From the NCBI GenBank assembly GCA_965200785.1, contig CBDAVA010000003.1:2470205-2534204 (forward strand): a DNA stretch of 64,000 nt. Direction: 5' to 3'. Shown in pieces: positions 55,872 to 64,000 of the stretch. The stretch comes from Alphaproteobacteria bacterium (GTDB lineage Bacteria; Pseudomonadota; Alphaproteobacteria; Bin95). The position numbers were made by a program, and so were the translations under genes. Numbering within the stretch: position 1 is the stretch's first letter; each line of letters starts with the position of its first letter. Below the pieces are notes generated by a model. It was not told the DNA's origin. It saw only the letters and a program-made list of their open reading frames with translations, and made no database searches.

Positions 55872-57698
55872 ATGCCCGATCTTCGCAATATCGCCATCAT
55901 CGCCCATGTCGATCACGGCAAGACCACGCTCGTTGACGGCCTGCTGCGCCAGAGCGGCGCCTTTCGCCGCAATCAGCGCGTCGCGGAGCGGGCGCTCGAC
56001 TCCAATACGCTGGAGCGCGAACGCGGCATCACCATCCTCGCCAAATGCACATCGGTCGAATGGCGCGGCGTGCGCATCAACATCGTGGACACGCCCGGCC
56101 ATGCCGATTTCGGCGGCGAGGTGGAGCGGGTGCTCGGCATGGTCGATGGCTGCCTGCTGCTCGTGGACGCCTCCGAGGGGCCGATGCCGCAGACGAAATT
56201 CGTGCTCGCCAAGGCGCTTGCCGCAGGGCTCGCGCCGATTGTCGTCGTCAACAAGGTGGACAAGGCGGAAGCGCGGCCCTTCGAGGTCCAGGACGAGACC
56301 TTCGACCTGTTCGCCGCCCTCGACGCCGACGAGCGCCAGCTCGACTTCCCGACCCTGTTCGCCTCCGCCAAGGAAGGCTGGGCCGCTGCGGCTCCGGACG
56401 GACCGCGCGACGGCCTGGCGCCCCTGTTCGACACCATAGTGGAGCGGACGCCGCCCCCGCGCGCCGCCCCGGACGAGGCGTTCGCCATGTCGGCCGCCAT
56501 ACTGGAGTCGGACCCGTTTCTGGGCCGCGTGCTCACCGGACGCATCGAGAGCGGCGAAATCGGCGCCAACCGGACGGTTCACGCGCTCAGACCCGGCGAA
56601 GGCATTGTCGAGCGCGCGCGCACGACCCGTCTGCTGGCCTTCAGGGGGCTTGGGCGCGTGCCCGTGGAGCGCGCGGCCGCGGGCGACATCGTGGCGGTTG
56701 CAGGCCTTCAGACCGCAACGGTCGCCGACACGCTGGCCGCGCCGGAAGTCCTGTGCCCGCTGCCCGCCCGCCCCGTCGATCCGCCGACGCTGGCGCTCAC
56801 GCTTTCCGTCAATGATTCGCCGCTCGCCGGGCAGGACGGCGACAAGCTCACCTCGCGCGAGCTCCGCGCCCGCCTGCTGCGGGAGGCCGAGGGCAATGTG
56901 GCGATCCGCGTGACCGAGAGCGCGGAGAAGGACGCCTGCGAGGTGGCGGGGCGCGGCGAGCTGCAAATGGCGGTGCTGATCGAGACCATGCGCCGCGAAG
57001 GCTTCGAGCTTTCCGTCTCCCGGCCGCGCGTGCTGTTCAAAGCCGACCCCGGGACCGGCCGGCGCCTCGAACCGATCGAGGAGGTGACGGTCGATGTGGA
57101 TGCCGGCCATGCCGGCGCCGTGGTCGAGAAGATGGGCGTGCGCAAGGCGGAGATGACCGATATGCGCCCCACCGGCGCAGGGCGCCAGCGCCTGGTCTTC
57201 CTTGCGCCGTCGCGGGGCCTCATCGGCTATCACGGCGAGTTCCTGACCGACACGCGCGGCACCGGCGTGCTGCATCGGCTGTTTCACGGCTATGCCCCGC
57301 ACAAGGGGCGGCTGGCGGACCGGCGGCGCGGCGTCATGGTCTCGCGGGAGCAGGGCAAGGCAGCGGCCTATGCGCTCTGGAATCTGGAGGAGCGCGGGCG
57401 GTTATTCGTCGCGCCGGGCGATGCCGTCTATGGCGGCATGGTGATCGGCGAATGCGCGCGCGGGCAGGATATCGACGTCAACCCGCTCAAGGCGAAGCAA
57501 CTGACCAATTTCCGCGCCGCCGGCAAGGATGACGCCATATTGCTGACGCCGCCGCAGCAAATGCCGCTGGAGCGCGCCATGGCCTGGATCGCCGACGACG
57601 AACTGGTCGAGGTGACGCCGAAGGCCGTCCGGCTTCGCAAGCGCCATCTCGACATTCACGAACGCAAGAGGCAAGCTCGGCGCATGGCGGCTGAATAG
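55872..57698 (+). CDS. typA: translational GTPase TypA/BipA
   Basis: [25 protein letters not shown] and NKVD GTPase motifs. 608 aa. Confidence 0.95.
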   Translation: MPDLRNIAIIAHVDHGKTTLVDGLLRQSGAFRRNQRVAERALDSNTLERERGITILAKCTSVEWRGVRINIVDTPGHADFGGEVERVLGMVDGCLLLVDASEGPMPQTKFVLAKALAAGLAPIVVVNKVDKAEARPFEVQDETFDLFAALDADERQLDFPTLFASAKEGWAAAAPDGPRDGLAPLFDTIVERTPPPRAAPDEAFAMSAAILESDPFLGRVLTGRIESGEIGANRTVHALRPGEGIVERARTTRLLAFRGLGRVPVERAAAGDIVAVAGLQTATVADTLAAPEVLCPLPARPVDPPTLALTLSVNDSPLAGQDGDKLTSRELRARLLREAEGNVAIRVTESAEKDACEVAGRGELQMAVLIETMRREGFELSVSRPRVLFKADPGTGRRLEPIEEVTVDVDAGHAGAVVEKMGVRKAEMTDMRPTGAGRQRLVFLAPSRGLIGYHGEFLTDTRGTGVLHRLFHGYAPHKGRLADRRRGVMVSREQGKAAAYALWNLEERGRLFVAPGDAVYGGMVIGECARGQDIDVNPLKAKQLTNFRAAGKDDAILLTPPQQMPLERAMAWIADDELVEVTPKAVRLRKRHLDIHERKRQARRMAAE

Positions 57699-57706
57699 CG
57701 GCAGGA

Positions 57707-58213
57707 GTGGCGGCAATGGCGCTCGAATGGTCCCATATGGTGCTCTATGTCGAGGATGTGGAGCGGATGCTGGCCTTCTACACCGATGTGCTCGGCTTCG
57801 AGGTGACAGACCGCGGGCCGCTCGGCCGGGACGACAGGGAAATCATCTTCCTGAGCCAAAGTCCGCGGGAGCACCACCAGGTCGCCTTCATCGACGGCAG
57901 AAGCGCGGCCGGCCCCTCCAACAGCGTCAATCATGCCGCGTTCCGCATTGACGACCTGACAGCGCTTCGCCGCCTAGCGGCGGCGCTCGACGCCGAAGGC
58001 GCCGCCTACAATCCGCGCACGCATGGCAACACCTGGTCCATCTATTTCCAGGACCCGGAGCAGAACGGTATCGAGATCTTCTGCGACACGCCCTGGAAAG
58101 TCGCGCAGCCGCAGGCGGTGACCTGGGATCCGGCGCTCAGCGACGCCGAGCTCGCGCGCTGGACGGAAGAGCGCTTCCGGCACGAACCGGGCTTCGAGCC
58201 CGCAGACGCATAG
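57707..58213 (+). CDS. VOC-family (glyoxalase/bleomycin-resistance/dioxygenase) protein
   Basis: HMVLYVEDVERMLAFYTDVLGFEV. Paired beta-alpha-beta-beta-beta modules. Confidence 0.8.
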   Translation: MAAMALEWSHMVLYVEDVERMLAFYTDVLGFEVTDRGPLGRDDREIIFLSQSPREHHQVAFIDGRSAAGPSNSVNHAAFRIDDLTALRRLAAALDAEGAAYNPRTHGNTWSIYFQDPEQNGIEIFCDTPWKVAQPQAVTWDPALSDAELARWTEERFRHEPGFEPADA

Positions 58214-58225
58214 GGGCGCCCCGCC

Positions 58226-59893
58226 ATGCCGGAAGTCACCGTCGCCGAAGCCTGGCTGGCGCTGTTGAAGGCGCGCGGCGTGGATGTGCTGCTCGCCAAT
58301 CCGGGCACCGATTTTGCGCCGATCGTCGAGGCCTATGCGCGCGCCGGGGAGAGCGGGCTCGACTTTCCGAAGCCTCTCACCGTGGTGCATGAGACGGTGG
58401 CGATCGGCATGGCGGACGGCTACTGGCGCGCTTCGGGCCGGATGGCGGCGGTGATGGCGCATGTGAATGTCGGCACCGCCAACGCCTTGATGGGCCTTAT
58501 CAACACCCGGCGCGAGAATGTGCCGGTGCTCATGGCTGCCGGGCGCACGCCAGTGACCGAGAAAGGCCGCAAGGGCGCGCGCGACCGCGGCATCCATTGG
58601 GGCCAGGAGATGTTCGACCAAGCCGGGATGCTGCGCGAGACGGTCAAGTGGGACTATGAGCTGCGCCTCGCTGACCAGTTGGAGACCGTGGTGGAGCGCG
58701 CGCTCGCCATAGCCGCGACGCCGCCGATGGGGCCGGTCTATTTCACCATGCCGCGGGAGATCATGGCGGAGCCGCTGCCGGACTTCGCACTTTCGCCGGA
58801 GCCGCGGCTCAGGCCGGTGCCCGCCGGTGCGCCGGACCCCGCCGGCATTGCCGCCGCCGCGTCCGTTCTGGCCGCAGCGAAGCGCCCGCTGATCGTCGCC
58901 TCCCGGGGCGCGGGCTGGCACAGCCTGCCGGATTTCGCGGAGCGTTTCGCAATGCCGGTGGTCGAGTTCTGGGCGAGCCGCGCCTCGCTGCCGGGCGACC
59001 ACCCGATGCATGGCGGGTTCGACACCGGCCCCTGGCTGGCGGATGCGGACGCCGTGCTGGTGCTGGACGCGATGGTGCCCTGGATGCCGGCGGAGCAGGA
59101 TATCCAGCCGGGCTGCAAGGTGGTGCAGGTTGGCCCGGACCCGCTGTTCTCCGATCTGCCGATGCGCGGCTTCCCGGCCGATGTCGCCGTCGCCGGGGAG
59201 ACGGCGGCCGTGCTGGAGGCATTGGCCGCAGCCATGCCGCCGCCGCCTGAGGGGCGCGGGCGGGATGTCGCCCGGCGGTGCAGGGAGGCGCGCGAAGCCC
59301 GCCTGGCCGCCGCCGATTCCGGCCAAGCCCGGCCGATGTCCGCCGGGCGGGTCGGGCGCTGCCTCGACCGGGCGTTGCCGGAAGGCGCGATGATCTTCAA
59401 CGAGCTGGGCGTGCCGATGGCGTCGCTCACGGTGCGCGACCCGCTCGGTTATTTCAGCACCTCGCTGGCGGGCGGTCTCGGCTGGGGCGTGCCGGCGGCG
59501 CTCGGGGCGAAGCTCGCTCGGCCGGACCGGCTGGCGGTCGCCTGCGTGGGCGACGGCTCCTACATGTTCGCCAATCCGGTCGCCTGCCACCAGGCAAGCG
59601 CCGCGCTCGGCCTGCCGGTGCTGACGCTGGTATTCAACAACGGCATCTACAATGCCGTCCGGCGGGCGGCGCTGTCGGTCTATCCGGACGGCCATGCCAG
59701 CCGCGCCAATGTCCTGCCGCTGACCTCGCTCGACCCCGCGCCGCGCTACGACCTTGTCGTGCAGGCGAGCGGCGGGCACGGGGAGCGCGTGGAGGACGCA
59801 GACGCACTGCCCGATGCGCTCGCCCGCGCCATCGAAGTCGTGACCGTAGAGGGCCGGCAGGCGCTTCTGGACATCGCCGTCGGCGTGGCCTGA
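58226..59893 (+). CDS. thiamine-pyrophosphate-dependent enzyme (acetolactate synthase-like family)
   Basis: N-terminal Pyr domain. Central domain. C-terminal PP domain with GDGS...NN TPP motif. Confidence 0.85.
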   Translation: MPEVTVAEAWLALLKARGVDVLLANPGTDFAPIVEAYARAGESGLDFPKPLTVVHETVAIGMADGYWRASGRMAAVMAHVNVGTANALMGLINTRRENVPVLMAAGRTPVTEKGRKGARDRGIHWGQEMFDQAGMLRETVKWDYELRLADQLETVVERALAIAATPPMGPVYFTMPREIMAEPLPDFALSPEPRLRPVPAGAPDPAGIAAAASVLAAAKRPLIVASRGAGWHSLPDFAERFAMPVVEFWASRASLPGDHPMHGGFDTGPWLADADAVLVLDAMVPWMPAEQDIQPGCKVVQVGPDPLFSDLPMRGFPADVAVAGETAAVLEALAAAMPPPPEGRGRDVARRCREAREARLAAADSGQARPMSAGRVGRCLDRALPEGAMIFNELGVPMASLTVRDPLGYFSTSLAGGLGWGVPAALGAKLARPDRLAVACVGDGSYMFANPVACHQASAALGLPVLTLVFNNGIYNAVRRAALSVYPDGHASRANVLPLTSLDPAPRYDLVVQASGGHGERVEDADALPDALARAIEVVTVEGRQALLDIAVGVA

Positions 59894-59938
59894 AGGGCGG
59901 CAGGGCGCCGCTCCGGACGATCCAACAGAGGCCCGGCG

Positions 59939-60976
59939 GTGCGTTTTTCCCTGTTCGCGCATATGGAGCGGCTGACGCCGGACCAGAGCCATGCGGCCAT
60001 GCACCGCGAGTTCCTGCACCTCTGCGAACTGGCGGACGAGGGCGGGTTCGAGACGATCTGGACCGGCGAGCACCATGCGATGGACTTCACGATCGCGCCG
60101 AACCCGCTGATCGTGCTGGCCGATCTGGCGCACAGGACCCGGCATGTCCGCCTCGGCACGGGCGCGGTCGTGGCGCCGTTCTGGCATCCGGTCAAACTGG
60201 CGGGCGAGGCGGCGCTTGCCGATGTCGTCACCGGCGGGCGTCTGGAGCTCGGGCTTGCCCGCGGCGCTTACAGCTTTGAGTATGAGCGGCTGTCGCCCGG
60301 TCTGGATGCTGCCTCTGCCGGCGCCGCCCTGCGCGAGATGCTGCCGGCTGTGAAGGCGCTCTGGAAGGGCGACTACGCGCATGACGGCGAACGCTGGCGG
60401 TTTCCAGACACCACTTCCTCCCCGAAACCGCTCCAGCGCCCGCACCCGCCGATCTGGATCGCCGCCCGCGATGCCGGCAGCCATGATTTCGCGGTGGCCC
60501 AGGGCTGCAATGTCCAGGTGACGCCGCTCTGGCAGGGTGACGACGAGGTCGAACGCCTGATGCAACGGTTCGACGACGCCTGCGCCGCGCATCCGGAGGT
60601 TCCGCGCCCGAAGATCATGCTGCTCCGCCACACTCATGTGGGCGCAGACGAAGCGGCGGCAGCCGAGGGCGCGCGGGCGGTCAGCCGGTTTTACTGTCAT
60701 TTCAGCGCCTGGTTCCGCAATGAGCGGCCGGTCAGCCAGGGCATGATCCAGCCGCTGACAGACGCCGAGATGGCGAAGCTCGACATGTTCGCGCCGGACA
60801 TCATGCGCGCCAGCAATGTCATCGGCACACCGGGCGAGGTCGTCCGGCGCCTCAAGACCTATGAGGCGATGGGCTTCGACCAATACAGCTTCTGGATCGA
60901 CAACGGTATGCCGTTCCGCGAAAAGCGGAAATCGCTTCGCCTGTTCATTGACGAAGTCATGCCCGCCTTCACATGA
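59939..60976 (+). CDS. LLM-class flavin-dependent oxidoreductase
   Basis: MRFSLFAHM... GEHH and LGLARGAY motifs. Confidence 0.85.
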   Translation: MRFSLFAHMERLTPDQSHAAMHREFLHLCELADEGGFETIWTGEHHAMDFTIAPNPLIVLADLAHRTRHVRLGTGAVVAPFWHPVKLAGEAALADVVTGGRLELGLARGAYSFEYERLSPGLDAASAGAALREMLPAVKALWKGDYAHDGERWRFPDTTSSPKPLQRPHPPIWIAARDAGSHDFAVAQGCNVQVTPLWQGDDEVERLMQRFDDACAAHPEVPRPKIMLLRHTHVGADEAAAAEGARAVSRFYCHFSAWFRNERPVSQGMIQPLTDAEMAKLDMFAPDIMRASNVIGTPGEVVRRLKTYEAMGFDQYSFWIDNGMPFREKRKSLRLFIDEVMPAFT

Positions 60977-61767
60977 GTGCGCCCATGCCCGACAACGCCC
61001 CGCCAGCAGTCCTGATCCACGGTGTCGGCCTCGACCGAACGATGTGGGACGGAGTCGCCGGCTATCTCTCCGGCGTGTTCCACTGCGTCGCCTTCGACAT
61101 GCCGTGCCACGGCGGCGCCGGAATGCCGGAGGGCAGGATTACGCTCGAGACCTTTTCGGAGGCGCTGGCGGACGTCGTGGACGGCCTCGCCTCCCCGCCG
61201 GTCGTGGTCGGTTTCTCCATGGGCGCGATGGTGGCGCAGCGCTTTACGCTCGACCGGCCGGACGCCGTGCGGGCGCTGGTGCTGATGAACGCCGTGTTCG
61301 ACCGGGATGACAGCCAGCGCGCCGCCATTCAGCAGCGGCTTGCCCTCGTGGAGCGCACCGGCCCCGCCGGCATGGCCGAGAATGCGCTCGCGCGCTGGTT
61401 CACGGCGGACTTCACGAAACGCCGCCCGGAGGTTGTCGATGCGGTGCGCCAACGCCTGCTGGCGAACGACCCGGCGGCCTATCTGGCCGCCTACCGGGTG
61501 TTCGCAACAGCAGATGGCGCGCTGGCCCGCGAGGCCGGGCGCATCGCCTGCCCTACCCTGGCCATGACGGCGGAGCATGACGCCAATTCCACGCCCGCCA
61601 TGAGCCGCGCCCTCGCGCGCGTCCTGCCGAATGCAACGGCCCTGGTGCTGGACGGCCTCGCCCATGGAGCGCCCATCGAAGCGCCGGAGCGGGTCGCGGG
61701 CGCGATCCTGGAATTCGCCGCCGGGCTGCAACAACAGCCGGCCAACCCTCCGGCAGGGGAGCATTGA
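60973..61767 (+). CDS. alpha/beta-fold hydrolase
   Basis: HGVGLD oxyanion region, GFSMGA nucleophile elbow. ATGA overlap with the upstream gene. Confidence 0.85.
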   Translation: MSAPMPDNAPPAVLIHGVGLDRTMWDGVAGYLSGVFHCVAFDMPCHGGAGMPEGRITLETFSEALADVVDGLASPPVVVGFSMGAMVAQRFTLDRPDAVRALVLMNAVFDRDDSQRAAIQQRLALVERTGPAGMAENALARWFTADFTKRRPEVVDAVRQRLLANDPAAYLAAYRVFATADGALAREAGRIACPTLAMTAEHDANSTPAMSRALARVLPNATALVLDGLAHGAPIEAPERVAGAILEFAAGLQQQPANPPAGEH

Positions 61768-62369
61768 TTATGGAAGTGATCCTGTATGGCACGGGCTTCA
61801 ACCGTTCCGCCCGTTGCCAATGGACCCTGGAGGAGGCAGGCATTGCCTATACGGCGGTCGGACGGCGCGAACTGGCCCGCGGAGACGATCTGCGCCGGTA
61901 TCATCCGCTGGGCAAGATACCGGCGGCGGTTGTTGACGGCCGGCCGCTTTTCGAGTCCGCAGCCATTTGCACCTATATCGCCGACCGCGCCCCGGCAGTG
62001 AATCTGGTCGCCCGGCCCGGAACATTTGCACGCGCCGAGCACGACCAGTGGGTCGCGTTCTGCCTGAGCGAGATGGAGTCCTGGCTCTGGAACTCTGCAG
62101 TCAACCTGTTCGTGCTGCCCGAGGAGGAGCGCGTGAGCGCCGGGCTGGAGCAGAATGTGACCATGTTCAAGCGCAGCGCAGCGGTTCTGGAAGCCCATCT
62201 GGGCCGGAACGACTATCTCGTCGAAAACCGGTTCACCGTGGCCGACATCATCGTGGGCTGGTGCATCAACTGGGCGCGGCGTCTGGGATATCTGGGTGAG
62301 TGTCCGGCGCTGGGCCGATATCTGGAGCGCCTCCTGGCGCGCCCGCTATGCGCCCTGGCCCGCGATTAG
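61764..62369 (+). CDS. glutathione S-transferase
   Basis: GST N-terminal thioredoxin-like and C-terminal helical domains (ESAAICTYIAD). Confidence 0.85.
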   Translation: MIMEVILYGTGFNRSARCQWTLEEAGIAYTAVGRRELARGDDLRRYHPLGKIPAAVVDGRPLFESAAICTYIADRAPAVNLVARPGTFARAEHDQWVAFCLSEMESWLWNSAVNLFVLPEEERVSAGLEQNVTMFKRSAAVLEAHLGRNDYLVENRFTVADIIVGWCINWARRLGYLGECPALGRYLERLLARPLCALARD

Positions 62370-62504
62370 CGGTCTGCCGTCGGTCGATGCAACCGCGCCG
62401 CCGCCGTCGAGCAAGGACATCGCCTGCTCGGGCCCCCCGCTCCCCTGTCATCCCTGCTTTACCTGTCACCCCCGGAGGCGGGGGTGACAGATGAACGCCG
62501 CAAC

Positions 62505-62925
62505 GAGTCCAAATGTTAAACTGAGACATTACCAAGTGCTGGCGGGTTTTTCGGAACACGCCTCCGTGCCGCAGCGCTTGGATCGCCTCCCTTGTCGTCA
62601 CCCCGGCCGGAGCAGAGCGCAGAGCCGGGGTCCATCCTCCGCCGCTTCGGCCTTGCGGAAGAATCGGAGGCTGGGCCCCGGCTCAGGGGCGGGGCGACAG
62701 TAGGGGGCCGGCGCGGCAGTAGGAGGTCCGCGGCGGCAACAGGGGGTCCGGGGCGGCGCCCGGGGGATCCGGGGCGGCGCCGGGGCGTTCGGAACGCGCC
62801 TCCGTGCCGCGCCGCTTACACCGCCTCCCTTTTGTCACCCCGGCCGGAGCGCAGCGCAGAGCCGGGGTCCATCCTCCGCCGTTTCGGCCCTGCGGAAGGA
62901 TCGGAGGCTGGGCCCCGATGGTGTG
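62505..62925. repeat. MITE-like mosaic repeat, copy F with internal duplication of modules A-B, interrupted at its right side by an IS110-family element
   Basis: GTTAAACTGAGACATTACCAAGTGCTGGCGGGTTTTTCGGAAC..., module B twice, ending ...GGAGGCTGGGCCCCG|ATGGTGTGG where similarity to other copies stops. Confidence 0.75.
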
Positions 62926-63003
62926 GACGCCTCCTTCCACCGGCATCGCATTGTGCCAAGGTAGCGGTGTCGAACAACAACCCTACGGGAAGGAGACATC
63001 CAC

Positions 63004-64000
63004 ATGAGTGAAGTGAGCATGATCGGGATCGATCTGGCGAAGAACAGTTTTCACCTGCACGGGGCGGGTTCGGACGGTTCGGTGGTCTTCCGGCGCAAGC
63101 TGTCGCGGGGTCAGGTTTTGAAGGTTCTGGCCTCCCGTCCCCGCTGCACGGTGGCGATGGAGGCGTGCGGGAGCGCCCATCACTGGGGCCGTGAGATTGG
63201 CAAGCTGGGTCATGTGGTGAAGCTGATCCCGCCGGTCTATGTGAAGCCCTTTGTGAAGCGCCAGAAGAACGATGCGGCGGATGCGGAGGCGATCTGCGAG
63301 GCGGCGCAGCGTCCGACCATGCGTTTTGTTGCGGTGAAGAGCGCGGAGCAGCAGGTGGGGATGATGCAGTTCGGGGTTCGCGATCTTCTTGTGCGCCAAC
63401 GCACGCAGACGATCAACGCGCTGCGGGGCCATCTGGCGGAGTTTGGTGTGATTGCGCCGAAGGGCCCGGTTCATGTTCGCCGTCTTGCGGGGGCGGTTTC
63501 GGACCCCGAGACGGAGCTTCCGTTGCGGGCGCGCGAGTTGGGTGGTGTGCTCCTGGAGCAGATTGCCGAGTTGGACCGGAAGATCGCGGAGCAGGAGAAG
63601 GCGTTGCGCGCGGCCGCGCGGGAGGATGAGGAGGCGCGGCGGTTGATGAGTGTGCCGGGTGTGGGTCCGGTGACGGCGCTGGCGCTGCAGGCTCTGGCGC
63701 CGCCGCCTGCGAGCTTCCGCCGGGGCCGGGATTTCTCGGCCTGGCTGGGCCTTGTGCCGCGCCAGCACACGAGCGGGGGCAAGCCTCGGCTTGGCAAGAT
63801 ATCGAAGATGGGCCATCGGGAGCTGAGGCGTCTTCTGGTGGTCGGGGCGATGTCGGTGATCCGGAACACGGTGTGCTCCGGCCGGGCGCCCGAGCCATGG
63901 CTTGCGCGGTTGCTTGCGCGCAAGCCGAGGAAGCTGGCCGCGGTGGCGCTTGCCAATCGCATGGCGCGCATTCTGTGGGCGCTGGCGGTGAAGAAGGACA
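63004..64000 (+). mobile_element. IS110-family transposase gene (runs off window end; absent from ORF track because no stop is reached)
   Basis: MSEVSMIGIDLAKNSFHLHGAG... with DEDD N-terminal domain and C-terminal VPGVGPVTALAL...GLVPRQHTSGGK motif. RBS GGAAGGAG. Confidence 0.85.

Noticed and set aside
1-64000. tRNA/rRNA genes
   Set aside because: No GGTTCGA(A/T)TCC T-loop-like segments or cloverleaf candidates were found by eye, and no rRNA-like conserved stretches. Cannot exclude without tRNAscan/Infernal.

Overview
High-GC (~68%) alphaproteobacterial chromosomal segment, densely coding on both strands. Housekeeping genes include ppiC-like, argJ, mutT, ribF, ccmAB, recQ, soxBDAG, pntAA/AB/B, xthA and typA. 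Accessory and catabolic genes include two CaiB-type CoA-transferases, a TauD dioxygenase, a cupin protein, an acyl-CoA dehydrogenase, an agmatinase-family hydrolase, LLM oxidoreductases, SDRs and glutathione S-transferases. The window is unusually rich in repeats and mobile DNA. There is a mosaic MITE-like element of about 300-400 bp with GTGTCTCAGTT-type ends, present in six copies (7.6, 22.1, 32.0, 41.0, 53.6 and 62.5 kb). There are two REP-like families with CCCTCTCCCC/GGGGAGGG palindromes. There is an IS5-family element (52.4-53.6 kb), an IS110-family transposase inserted into a MITE copy (63.0 kb onward, runs off the window) and an IS1380-like transposase 5' end at the window start. Main observations: (1) four tandem, individually promoted copies of a small N-terminal-TM coiled-coil protein at 42.2-43.6 kb, differing only in the number of 21-bp (7-aa ARMDRLE) intragenic repeats (69/76/83/90 aa), plus a diverged fifth paralog at 32.3 kb. 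(2) A UGSC-family selenoprotein gene with an in-frame TGA (20708-20710, minus strand), split by the ORF finder into two ORFs. (3) An outer-membrane porin gene whose -35/-10 spacer is a G14/C14 homopolymer, a classic phase-variation architecture. (4) A low-GC, Cys-rich acidic protein gene transcribed divergently from a TolC-like gene. Many long ORFs in the six-frame track are antisense artefacts of the high GC content. No tRNA, rRNA or CRISPR was seen.
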